Assembly (NCBI RefSeq): GCF_004010195.1
Contig: NC_057718.1
Coordinates: forward strand, 33,553,968 to 33,602,312
Source of the DNA: Chiloscyllium plagiosum
Taxonomy: Eukaryota
Length of the DNA: 48,345 nucleotides
Direction: 5' to 3'
In this document: piece after piece, positions 11,924 to 24,909 of the stretch
Layout of the letters: every line of letters begins with the position of its first letter
Numbering within the stretch: the stretch's first letter is position 1
Translations under genes and position numbers: made by a program
The notes under the pieces: generated by a model
Told to the model about the DNA's origin: nothing
Databases searched by the model: none
Seen by the model: the letters and a program-made list of their open reading frames with translations, nothing else

Positions 11924-12419
11924 CTATGTGCAGAGAGAGGATATAAATGTGGTATTAAATTACATATATCACTCCACATTAAAACAGAAAATTAAGATAA
12001 GAACCTATAGTCTATTGAAAACACTCATCAAAACATTATATTACATAGTGTTAATTTAACTTCATTCTTCTGAACAACTAAGATTGTAAATACAACTACA
12101 TTCTAGGTATGCTTCTAACAATAGATAGAATAGCCACCTGAATGAGTTTATACAAATATTACATAAGTGCATGTAATTATTGTGTATGTATATAAACTTT
12201 TTTGGAGGATTTTGTTCAATGGACTAAACAATAATTTTATATTTTATAATGAGCAGTTTGGAATACTTTTTTCCAAACAAAAGCATCTAAAAGGCATTAA
12301 GATTTGTTTTGCAGCTTAAAATTTCCAAGAGTAGGAGAAATAAATAAGAAAAAACAAATTCTGCAACTAATTCAAAATGTTGAACTTCTTTCTCTTATAA
12401 ACATGCATTAGCAACACTA

Positions 12420-12524
<105 letters not shown>

Positions 12525-12986
12525 TTACTATTAACTTTCTGTGGATGTGATAACTTCAGTGCAACAGAACTGAATAGAAGTAATCAAACCCACAGTAATC
12601 TTGACATATATGCTATAAAATCTTTTAACATAAGACAAAGCTAGATGAGGAAGTAGCTTCACATATCTATCTTTAATTATATTCAATAGCATGTACGGGA
12701 GTAAGTAGGTATTTATTTATTTACAAGTTTATGTGGCAAGCTCTCAGACCCGAGTGGTTTAACAAAGTGCATAATTAATTATCTTCTTCAAATTAGATTA
12801 CCATTGGTATATAAGATAATAAAATTTAATCAGAGCCAGTTGTATTTTTGGATTCTATTTGATTACATTGCTTAGACTTGTCACCCAGACATGTATTTGG
12901 TTCACACCTCCTTGAACTTGCTATCTTATCAAAACAGAATTAAAGTTCCTCCCAAAAAAGCTCATTTGGTAAACCAGCATACAAAT

Positions 12987-13077
12987 GTTAAAAATCACAC
13001 AACACCAAGTTATAATCCAACAGGTTTATTTGGAAGCAGTAGCTTTCAGAACGCTGCTCCTTCATCAGGTGGTTGTG
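12987..13077 (-). mobile_element. Solo Penelope terminal-repeat fragment with hammerhead core CTGATGA...GAAA
   Basis: Reverse complement of 9250-9337; minus strand reads cac-CTGATGA-aggagcagcgttct-GAAA-gcta. Confidence 0.8.
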
Positions 13078-14679
13078 ACACAGCACACTCTTGCATCACA
13101 CACAGCACACAGGTGGTTGTAACTCAATGCTTAGATCAAGGCCTCAATTGTCTGCTTGATCACTTTGGTGATCCCATGGTAATTTGTACCTCATCTTGAC
13201 AGACAAGAGAGGATGATGGAGGCTTGTCATATGCAATTCGTGGAGGGTGGCATTTGATCCCTTGACAAAATCTCTCATATTTTGTGTCATGTTGAGTAAA
13301 GATGGTTTATTAGAGCAGAATGAGAGAACCATGACAGTTGCCTGGAAACTTGGCCCAGATGTGCATTACTCTATATTGATGATGACTAAGTAGCTGCTTA
13401 AAGAAATGAAACCCTTTCCTGTTTACAAATACTTCTGGCTGGTTTCCCGATGTTCTAATGGTAATACATGTATAGTCTGTGACTAGAAAGAAAGAAGCTA
13501 GCCACTGCAGCGTATATCAGAGTCTTTTCATTCTAATTTCGGAGGTTTCATCAGGAAAGTCATTCACTGATCGAGAATGTCTTTGCCAGGGCCAGTGACT
13601 TGATGAATAGTAGATTAAGGAATTTGAGAAATATTCACGCTAGCATTCTGAAATGTTGACTTTCACTGTTATGATCACCAGTTAGGAAGGATGAACTAAT
13701 TAATTTCCTTGTCTCCACTTCTCTACTGGCTACGACACAATGTGAGTTTAAAAAGACAGGAAACAGCCTATCTTTAGCACAGCATCAGAAACAAGTCAGT
13801 CAAGCTAAAAAAAAAATCATATTTGCAGAAGGACCAAATCCAAGTCTGTAGCCATAGTAACTTTCACCCAAGCTAATGGCAATGGTGTTTTTTCTGGATC
13901 AGTTATGGCTGGTTGAAATCTCTTTTTTGGAGATTGTGTGTAGATTCAGACATTGCCTTTAAGAATCCTCTATTTGTGGTGATCAGGCCTTCCAGTGGAT
14001 TTTCAACTAAAACTTTGATAAGAGGTTTTCAGAGGAAGCGAGCAAACCAAAGGCTGTTGTCCACATGGCAAGTTACACACATCTAAATCAATGATATTAT
14101 AAATTCATTGTTTAAATTATACTTCTTCATAACATTCAAAGGCCAAACATGCCCACTCAGGCCCAGAAGCAACATGACTTCATGTAGGAGGCTGCAGAAT
14201 TCAGTGGCAACTTGTCTGGAGAAATTTCTCCTAACCAAGACCTCTACTACCCCTCCTCCTGGGTCTCCAATCTTTTACTGCTACGAGACTCTCACCCATC
14301 TATTCCTGTGGGAATAGACAGCACAAACTTAGACTGGTGGGACAACTTGCAGTCCCAGAAGGGGCCACTCCACCCAGTGTTACTGTTAGGATGGCAGAGC
14401 TGCCAGTCAATCTGATTGGCTAGCAGCTAAGTGGGGATTTCTTCCCACATAAGGCACAAAAGTCCTGCCTCCAATCAATTAATGTACCTCAGATCATTAT
14501 ATGAACAATGCAGAAAGCATCAGTCTGGATGTGATCTGCACAACTGAGTAGCAGGGCAGGAAATCCTGCTGTCAAAACAACTCTTTCCCCATCTTCCTTG
14601 AATTCTCTATTTGGCAAAATTATTAGACTGCTTATTTAACATCCAGTAAAAGATGAGCATAAATTTCTGCTAATTAAAT

Positions 14680-15430
14680 AATGTCCCCATTCCAAATTCT
14701 TACCCCCGCTACAGACTTCTTCTTTCTCCCTGCATACTATGTGAAAGTTAAGCAGACAGTTTGCAATCCTGGTGTCTTGACAGAACTAAACTTCTTGACC
14801 ATATCTCCAAGCCATTATGAGGATGTCTTTCTCTACCGCTGTAATATTACCCGTTTTTGTCCAGTCACGTATCAATTGCTGTTGACACCTTCATTCATGC
14901 CTTTGTTAGCTCTAAGCTATTCCAATCCATTTTTGGCTGGCCTCCCACATTTTACCATCCTTAGACTTGAGGCCATCTAAAGCTCTGCTGCCTATTGTCA
15001 TTTTCACCAAATGTGTTCACCAAGCATCCCACAGTAGCTGACTAGCATTGCCTTCCATTCAAAACTAAATGTTGATTCTTGTTTTCAAATTCCTTTCTCC
15101 ATTGCTGGAATCTCTTCCAGCCACCAAACTTTCCAAGATCGTCTAACTCATCTAATTCTGGTCTTGTGTGTAACCCAATTTTAAGCCATCATTGTTGGTT
15201 GCCCTTTCAGCTGTGTAGGTCTTAGGTTCTGGAATTCTCTTTCTACATTTCTCTACCACCTTAACTTCCTTTCCTCCTTCAAGACACACCTTCAAAGCTA
15301 CACTTTTAACAACATTTTTGGTTATCTTACCCAATACATCTTTCTGTGGCTCTGCGTCATTTTTTGTTTTATAATGCTTCTGTGAAGCACCTTAGAATGT
15401 TTTATTACATTGAAAGCATTAAAGAAATAT
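14680..15430 (+). mobile_element. L2-like LINE 3' fragment
   Basis: Decayed L2 ORF2 C-terminal signature (SYSNPFLAGLP); tail tgtgaagcaccttagaatgttttattacattgaaagc; related tail near 1590-1730. Confidence 0.65.
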
Positions 15431-15455
15431 AATGTTGAGATTGAGTACAGAAAAT

Positions 15456-15664
15456 GGAGTCAAGAGTGTGGTGATGGAAAAGCACAGCAGGCCAGGCAGC
15501 ATCAGAGAAGAAGGAAAGTCGACATTTCAGGCAAAAGCCCTTCATCAGGAATTTTGTCCGAAATGTCAATTTTCCTGCTTTTCTGATGCTGCCTGACCTG
15601 CTGTACATTCCAACACCATACTCTTGACTCTGATCTTCAGCATCTGCAGTCCACACTTTCGCCT
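15456..15664. mobile_element. Palindromic MITE-like Penelope derivative (first family) with a minus-strand hammerhead core at 15521-15549
   Basis: Inverted arms gagtcaagagtgtggtg...gacatttc and gaaatgtc...caccatactcttgactc; arms match the terminus at 24910-25035. Confidence 0.8.
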
Positions 15665-15771
15665 AGAGAAAAAGGATGATTAAAAAAAAGCTATTCAGTT
15701 TATTAAATCAAAAAGTATTTCATATTTAAGCAAACGCATTTCTAAGTATTTAATAACAAGTTATTCAATTA

Positions 15772-15945
<174 letters not shown>

Positions 15946-18057
15946 CTAGGAACAAAAAAATCACGCACAAAAGAAATGCAATAAAATTCTTGATAAAATG
16001 AATTATAAAACACAGCAGCCATTGCTGCTGTTGGAAAGCCATTGCAGGAAGGTTGGCTAGTCCTGCTAACTCATGGCAAAACTCTCTGCTATCTGAATGA
16101 GAGATTTCACTTCTGATCTCAAATTCCAGTAACATCACAATTGGACAGTTATTTCCTGGCATTTTAATGTGCTATAGCTCCATGCCAAAGTAAAATCCAG
16201 ACACTGATTTTCCTGAATGAAATCATCACATTTTAAGAATGACTTCACTCAACTGCTTAGTAATATTTTCCCTTTGTAACCAGGTGGGAAGCAAATGTTT
16301 GCAGCTGTTGTTTCTTAATCACCACTTGCAGTTCTTTTACTAATACTTTGGTTTTGTTGGTTTGTATCTGTTTATGTCTAACGCTCTGTTATTATGGCAG
16401 CACAGTAAAATGATTAATTATCTGCAGACATGTTTAAAAATGCTAAAAAGACAAAGAAAATGGACTAAAATGTAAGCAACTCCTTCTCCATACAAATGGT
16501 GATGGCCACAATTTTCCCTTCACTTTTGTGTTTCACTCTCCGCCAACATTTTTCTCTCTCCTTCTAATTTCATCTCAAACATTTCTCGTCTTTCCCCGCC
16601 AGTGAGCAGATAGCTAAACAGCAATCATGGAAACCAGAATGCTGAAAATAGATGTCAAATACTGTTACAGCACATCATGTCGTAAATCTTGAGAACTGTA
16701 GTCTTTTAAGTATAATTATTTGAAAGTGTTTATTTTACAGTCTTAGATCAAGCTCCTCAGCATAGGAAGTGAGCTATAGTGGCTGGGAGGACCTGTTACA
16801 GATCGCCAAATTGCAATGTTTCCAGAATGTGGACAGAGCACAGTTAAAGGTGAGGGGATGAAATGCAAAAAGGCAAAGCAATATAGGGATGCTTTGCTGG
16901 CTAGGCGGAAAGTGAGTGTGCGCTTTGTCAGCAAGCAATGAGCCCACAGATTTGGACTGATCTGGTCCATGAGCTAAGTGCACAGTGCTTCTGCATTACA
17001 ATGATAGTTGCTGGTGCAGCCCAAGGTACAGTATTGAAGTGCAGAAGCTTCCTGTAGGTAGGCTGGACACGTGTCACTAGAGTTCTTAGAGTCTGACACA
17101 TTGTCTATGGATATGGACTGCATGTGGCCAATGCCCATGGACTGTGCCTGCAGATGCTCTAGTATCCATGTCAAGTTATAAACAATGTGAGCTGGGTGGT
17201 CATCAATAAAACCAGCAATAAAACTGCTCAACTGGCAATTCACCCCTGCCAAACAAGGAATTTGTCACACCATTTGGAAGAAACATAAAAAAAGGAGTGA
17301 AAAACTCCAGATGTCGAGATTAACATCGCCAGATTTCTTACCTGATTCAATCACAAATCGCGCCATATGCCACATTGCTCAGATCCTTAAGATTCTGCCT
17401 GTTAACTTTCTTTCTCTCTACAAATTTTGTCTGACACACTGGGTACTTCTGCCATTTTCTGTTGTCTTACTCCAGAAATAAAAAGGTAATAAGTACTGCC
17501 TTTGCCTAAATATGTGTAATAATTGTTTCCAGGTGAGGTTAAATAAGAGGAGAATTGGGGATCAGAAGATTATAGCAAGTGTTTTAAGTTTCCTTGTGGG
17601 ATTAGAAGGAACAAGAGTGTGCATTTGGCTCATCAAATAAATGTTTAAGAGCAGATCAAACAGAATGTTAAGCTCACATGAACAATCTAGACCAATCCGA
17701 ATGGATGTCGGGAGTGATAAACGCTTGGTGTCATCAGTGTACACTGTAGTAAGATGGCTCCATGAGAGAGTTATAAGTGAGGGTAGTTTTTTATTTTATT
17801 TTGCCTTAATCAAGAACAGTTGTTAATTGACGGACTGAGAGATTCAGGGCGAGATATTTTTCCAATCAGATACGCAGGCTTGTTTCTAAAACACCAGTGT
17901 TATTTCTCACCTAAGTCAACCATTCCTGCATCAGGTAGTAGTAGTATGCTTGCAAGAATAATCACGGTAAGCACAAAGCTGTAACACTTAAAGTCCGTGA
18001 CGATACAACATAATCTATGCCATAAATGAGGAAGAGGTATGTTTGCTTATACACCAC

Positions 18058-18120
18058 CTGCTGGTAAGCCTTCTCAGCACGACGGTTGGCATCAATTACT
18101 TGTCTTTCCAACTGTTGCAT
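18058..18120 (-). CDS. PLEKHH2: PLEKHH2 coding exon (63 nt, phase 0-0): [21 protein letters not shown]
   Basis: Acceptor tgctttccag, donor CAG|gtggtg; closely matches recalled vertebrate PLEKHH2 [21 protein letters not shown]. Confidence 0.93.
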
Positions 18121-20160
18121 CTGGAAAGCAGGAAACACATTAAAATGTGAAAGTAGCTACAATATTAATTCTATTGACACTTCCTAAAATTGTTTAGAAA
18201 TATTGGTGGTTTATTTTCCCCAGGAGAAAACTTATGGATACTGATAGAAGAGTTGGGAAAGGAGAACTGAATAATCCAACACTAATAAAAATGTTTGTAG
18301 CATATGGTTCAAGATAACTTTTTAAACACATAAATCAATGTTACCAATTTATGTGTTAAATGTAGTTGCGTTTTGGCAATTCATACCAGGAACTATGCCA
18401 ATTATTTTTTTATTTGGCAATTCAGGCTACATATAATTGTTCAAGGTTGAAATTAAGTTACTTTTAAAAATTAAAGCCCGCATTTTATGAAAGTACTGAA
18501 AGCAGTTCCACAGAGCTCAACTTTGGAAACTGCATTTGAGTACATGTGAGGCAGTACTACGTTTTCCCACTGAATGGAGTACCACTTTGAGGGATCCTCT
18601 TTTTTTCCCCCCATGCTTTCAGAAGTGCTGTTGGTGCTAAGCAAACACTGTGCTTTAAATCCACTCTATAACATAACAAGGTAATACATAGAACTGCTTC
18701 ACAATGCAGTAGTTCTGCAGAATAGAGAGTGGCTGGCAATGGAGTGTAAAACATAAAAGGGAGTCAATGAAGTATGTCTCCAAATTCTGACGCTGCAGAA
18801 GTATAGCATTGGAACTAGTTTAAATGATTTTAGAGCTCCCCTCCCACCCATACCATACAATTTTTAGTGATGAACAATTGCAGCTATCTTACAAGTTGGC
18901 AGATTCATGTCATAGATTATTCATAAAATGGGGTCAGCTTTGAATAATGCAAGCCATTTTTTTGGAGAGATCTAATAAATTATAAATTTCTAAATGTTAG
19001 TGTGCTTTACTGTTCAATTCATGACTATTTGTTGCAGAGATAGTGAAAGCAAAACAATAATTAGAATTTATATAAAATCAGAACTTTTTGAAAACAGAAT
19101 TGGAATGTTAAAATTATGAATAACTGTGATAAAAGAGATGTAGCATAAGGTTGGAGTGGTTTGGCATCTTAATATTCCTGATTACACAGGGAGGAAAAGT
19201 AATGATCTAGTAGCAGTGTTAATAATTGACTCTACCATCGAGAATTTCTGCTACTGACCAGAAAGACATCGGGAATGGTTATACACGTACACCTGACCTG
19301 AACTTAATGGCCAGCATATGCACTACTGATTCAGTCTCTCCATACAGCAGTTGAAGCATCAATGTTACAGATGTAAATTCCACTTTGGATTTCTTCTTCA
19401 TTATGATAAGCAATATATTGAATATAAAAAATGAAAATAGTAATTTTCAGATTATTACAATAATCTAGTGTAATCCATTAATAGAAAAATAATTGGTATA
19501 GTTCCTGGTATGTCTTTCAGATCACTGACCAATTGAGATGAGATGGAGGTAGAGATTGGAGATAGTTCAAGGAAATATGCAACAATAGGGTAATAATCAT
19601 TTTTTAAACCATTCCAAGGAAAACTGGAACAAAAATAATGCATACAGTCAGAGTGGCTAATGCTTTTTACCATGCATCCAGGATTCCTCCCTGGACTATT
19701 TCTATGTGCAATGACACAAAGCAATTATCAAGAGTAAACTTGAAAGATAGCTATACAACTTGAACAAACTAAACAGTAGTTAACATGGCTTTAGATTGGA
19801 AAAGTCCTGGCTGACAATACCTTCTTGATTTCTTCATGAAGGTTCTAACTCAGGTTGACTAGAGGACTGGGAAGGTTAGATGCTAAGAGGCTGTTTCTTC
19901 AGGCTGGATAGTCTAAATCCAGGAGTCATAGTCTTGGACTAAGGGATCGGCCAGTTAGATTTGAGACAAAGATGAATTTGTTTACCTCAGAGGGTGAATA
20001 TCCTTTCTGTAAAAGATACTCTACCACATAAAACAGCTATGAGATCTGTAATTAAGAAGACTGTCATCATCAGTTGGCGTGACGATACTATGGCTTGGTC
20101 TGTTCCAAGCCCATAAAGTAAACAGCTTATGAGACCTTGTTTTTCATTAAAGTTGGAACA

Positions 20161-21237
20161 AGGTTAGATCTCATGGAATACAGGGAGAACTAGCCATTTG
20201 GATACAGAACTGGCTCAAGGGTAGAAGACAGAGGGTAGTGGTGGAGGGTTATTTTTCAGATTGGAGGCCTGTGACCAGTGGAATGCCACAAGGATCGGTG
20301 CTGGGTCCTCTACTTTTTGTCATTTACATAAATGATTTGGATGCGAGCATAAGAGGTACAGTTAGTAAGTTTGCAGATGACACCAAAATTGCAGGTGTTG
20401 TGGACAGTGAAGAGGGTTATCTCAGATTACAACAGGATCTTGACCAGATGGGCCAACGGGCTGAAAAGTGGCAGATGGAGTTTAATTCAGATAAATGCGA
20501 GGTGCTGCATTTTGGGAAAGCAAATCTTAGCAGGACTTATACACTTAATGGTAAGATCCTAGGGAGTGTTGCTGAACAAAGAGACCTTGGAGTGCAGGTT
20601 CATAGATCCTTGAAAGTGAAGTCNNNNNNNNNNNNNNNNNNNNNNNNNNNNNNNNNNNNNNNNNNNNNNNNNNNNNNNNNNNNNNNNNNNNNNNNNNNNN
20701 NNNNNNNNNNNNNNNNNNNNNNNNNNNNNNNNNNNNNNNNNNNNNNNNNNNNNNNNTTCAGAAAAGATTTACAAGGATGTTGCCAGGGTTGGAGGATTTG
20801 AGCTATAGGGAGAGGCTGAACAGGATGGGGCTGTTTTCCCTGGAGTGTCGGAGGCTGAGGGGTGACCTTATAGAGGTTTACCAAATTATGAGGGGCATGG
20901 ATAGGGAAAATAGGCAAAGTCTTTTCCTTGGGGTCTGAGAGTCCAGAACTAGAGAGCGTAGGTTTAAGGTGAGAGGGTAAAGATATAAAAGAGACCTAAG
21001 GGGCAACGTTTTGACACAGAGGGTGGTACGGGTATGGAATGAGCTGCCAGAGGAAGTGGTGGAGGCTGTTACAATTGCAACATTTAAGAGGCATTTGGAT
21101 GGGTATATGAATAGGAAGGGTTTGGATAGGTGCTAGCAGGTGGGACTAGATTGGGTTGGGATATCTGATCGGCATGGATGGGTTGGATCGAAGGGTCTGT
21201 TTCCATGCTGTACATCTCTATGACTCTATGACTCTAA
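20161..21237 (+). mobile_element. Young CR1/HER1 LINE, 5'-truncated within RT; contains a 133-N gap
   Basis: ORF with PQGSVLGPLLFVIYINDL, KFADDTK and WQMEFNSDKC; tail ctctatgactctatgactcta. Confidence 0.95.
20624..20756. other. Assembly gap (133 N)
   Basis: Run of N. Confidence 1.
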
Positions 21238-21712
21238 TTGAAGCAGCATGAAGGGGTGGGGTCAAGTTGCCACAAAACCAGAATTTTAGTTTAACTTTCA
21301 GTAGCTGTTGAGGTTTGGAAACTGCTATACATCTCTCCTTGCTACAGCAAAATGCTCGAGTTCCCTCTCTCTGATCTTCTTTCTTCCTAGACTAGAGAAG
21401 TGAAGTGAGACTATTTTACTGAATTTGCCTTTATTTATGGGATGTTATTATATTTGAATAGTTGATGTTTAGTAATTATATAATCTATTATTCTGTTAAC
21501 TTTCCAATAAAGTTATTTCAATTCTTCATTCTTTTGTTTGTATTTTAACTAGAGTGTAAAAATAAAGTGTATTTTGCTTCAAGTCTGATGGTTTGACTAA
21601 TCAAATTGTATCCAGAACACAACACTTTTCATTTACATTTAAAAATATGAACAAGTTTAGGTCTAGGCTTTTTTCTTAATATATTTTGAGGGGGTTTGGT
21701 CTGGTCCACAAT
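21238..21712 (+). repeat. Possible solo-LTR-like repeat, probably split by the adjacent CR1
   Basis: aataaa signals and a terminus ttttgagggggtttggtctggtccacaa that resembles a recalled shark dispersed repeat; not verified. Confidence 0.35.
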
Positions 21713-23789
21713 CGTTGGGAAAGCATTACACCAGAAAATAGTATTCTTGAAAAAAAAAGACACATTTTGTCAGTGCTTCTCTGTTTACTCTCATCAGGGC
21801 TTTCTCATGAAAAACAATATAAAGGGGAAAAACATTTATATTGCTTGAGAAGACAGTGCTGAGTGGTAAGCAAATGGGCTCTGACTAGTAGACGTGTCAC
21901 CATTCTGATGAAAAGCACTTAAAATATGTTATCATTTTTGGAAGTTGGATTGATTTAAAGAATATGGATATGAAGTTTTTACTTTGAAAGTCAGAAAGTC
22001 ATTGTGGAGCAGTGACCTAAATACACCAGTTCCAAGAGACATGTGAGTGGATGCATCTGCGATCAATGGCTTGGAGTGTTAATGGGTTTATGACAAGCAG
22101 CATAAGCACATTAACGTATGAGATTTGTTTTCAGTTTGGTTTAGAAAACACCAGATTCTTAGTTGAAAGGAATTAATAGTTGTATTCAAAAGCAAGTTCT
22201 TAGTTTCTAACCTAGCAGGAGTCTGTTTTGTTCATTTCAATTCAGAGGAAACCAGTTATTGCTGCAGCTGTGTTTGTTTTCTAATTTGTGAAGTTTCTGA
22301 GACAGGAGCATTTAGGATAGAAATCTTCAGGTTGTTAGGATTGCTAAAGTTTAGACAATGAGAATTGTGAAAATGTATGCCATCAGACATGGAGAGGAAT
22401 TGTAAAATGGTCTCTACAGCTCAATAAAGAGCAACTGGAAGGCATCACTTTAGCAGGTGCTACGTTGGGATAGGGACATAATTTTCCTGGACTCGAGTAT
22501 GTAATAAAGAATATTGGAAAACAATTTGAAACTTTTTTAAAATGGTTCTTTTAAGATCCTTCAAACCGTACTTTAAGTCGCTTGATTTGTTTGTTTTCTT
22601 TCTTTTGTTCTGTTGTTAAATAATATCTGTAGACATGTGATTATGTTTCAGTGACTACCCACCATGTTAACTAACAACTAAACAATTCAATATACAGTAT
22701 ATGAAGTCAGATTCAATCTGCATTCTAACTGATAATTAATGACATTTAATTGGTATGTTTTGTATGGCAACATCTTTACCAATTAGAATCCATTTGCCAA
22801 CTAATCAGCACTCTTTCTCTTCCCCTTTACATTGGTATTCTAGCAAATGTCCTGAAGGTGAAAAGCCTTTATAAAAAGTGCTTCTTTGGCAATGCTCAAG
22901 TTTTCTGCTACCAAACAATAAGTCATTATTGAAATAAGTCTGATGTTCAACATGAACAAGTTCTATTTTGCACCTAATTTGAGGAATAGGTTCTCAGTAA
23001 CATGCTAAGAACATTAGATTTGTGTCATCAATTCTGGTATTGTCTTCATTGCAGCACATCACACTAAATAAAAAGATGTTTAGACAGCTGTTGCAAAGAC
23101 ACTGGAGGCTACATCTGTTCAACATATATTAGAATCAGCAAATTATGAAACACAAATAATACCACCCACTGGATTTGCCTTAGATTAATGCTAACATACA
23201 CATATTATAACCTTAAAATGCTTTCTTTCTGATGATTTGCTAAATTAAAAAGATACTTTTTCGCACCATATATTCAAGCAATACATTTTAAATAATGGAA
23301 TCTAAACAACAAGTATCTATTGTTGAAATTCAAACAAACAATTAAACTAATAAATGAACTTTCACTGTGATACACTATATAGTCATGATTTATTTTGTAG
23401 TCTTCTTAAAGCAAATAGGCTTGATCTGGTCTAAATAATAATTATTGTAAAGTTAGATTTTGTAGTCAATGGCAGAGTAATAGCATTCACTGATGTCTTT
23501 GAAGAAAGTTGCCCACAAGGATCTAACAATTTCAATACCACAGATTGTCCTTTTCCCGATGTGCACTTGAATTTCACACAAAGCAATCTTCAGGCACCCA
23601 TCAACAAGGATACCATCAAGCAGGGTAAGTAACCAATTAGATTGAAGGATTCTCAGATTGTAAATCACGAAGTAAAAATCATTGAATCCATTTACTTCAA
23701 ATTATATTTTTACAGATACAAAAATTTATCATTGGAACATTCACACAAGATGAAATTAGATTAAAAAGTTACAAATTATATACTATATT

Positions 23790-24580
23790 AATAAACTTTC
23801 AGAATAGGTGAATAATTGGCAAATGAAGTTCAGCACAAATAAATGTGAGCAAGCTCGTTTTGGTAGGAAGACTAAGTAGATCACTTATTAATTGGAAGAT
23901 GTAAATCTGAGTAGGGTGGAGTAACAAGAGAAATCTCCGAGCACAAATACTGTATTCACTAAAGGTTGTGTCACAAGTTAGCAAGGCTTTATAAAATGCA
24001 CATCATTATAAAATGCTTTTTTTTTCATTTTTAGAGGGATAAAATTGAATAGTAGGTAAATTATGCTGAACCCATGTTAAACCTTAGGTAGACCCCATAA
24101 TTAGACCCCTGTGCTTCTATCATCAGACTATGAGAAGGATATAAAGGTATAGCAGATACAATATATAGGGATAATACCAGAAATGCACAAGTATACATAT
24201 CAGGAAAGGATTGACAGGCTGGATTGTTTCTCTTGAGGCAAAATCTCTGAACAGTGACTTAATTGAGCTCTTTAAAATGTCATAAGATTTTGTTGGAGAA
24301 GATACATAGAGAATATTTCCTCTTGTGGGGAAGAGCATAACCAGAGGCCATCAGTGCAAGATAATCTCCAAAGGAAGCCAATAGGAAATTCAGAAGAAAC
24401 TTCAGCCAAATAGGGGCAAAAAATGTGAAACTTGCTACTGTAGCGAGCAGCTGATGTGAAGAAATTACAAAGATATATATGAGGGAGAAAGAAATGGATT
24501 GTTACAATGTTACATTTTCATGAGAAATTTTGGAGGAAGTTCAAGTCGAACAGAAACATTACTACAGATTGGTTGAATGA
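23790..24580 (+). mobile_element. Old, decayed CR1 3' fragment
   Basis: Degenerate ORF2 C-terminal remnants colinear with the other CR1 copies (ggcaaatgaagttc; tttcctcttgtggggaagagcataaccagaggccat). Confidence 0.7.
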
Positions 24581-24582
24581 AA

Positions 24583-24909
24583 TAGATTAGATTAGATTAC
24601 TTACATAGATTAGACTACTTACAGTGTGGAAACAGGCACTTCGGCCCAACCAGTCCACACCGACCCGCCGAAGCGCAACCGACCCACACCCATTCCCCTT
24701 CATTTACTTCTTCACCTAACACTACGGGCAATTTAACATGGCCAATTCACCTAAGCTACACTTTTTTTTGGATTGTGGGAGGAAACCAGAGCACCCAGAG
24801 GAAACCCACGAAGACACAGGGAGAATGTGCAAACTCCACACAGAGAGTCGCCTGAGGCGGGAATTGAACCCGGGTCTCTGGCGCTGTGAGGCAGCAGTAC
24901 TAACCACTG
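24583..24909 (-). mobile_element. HE1-type tRNA-derived V-SINE missing about 12 nt of its 5' end
   Basis: B-box ggttcaattccc, V-domain gtgtggagtttgcacattctccc, CR1-like tail with (taatc)n. Confidence 0.92.
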
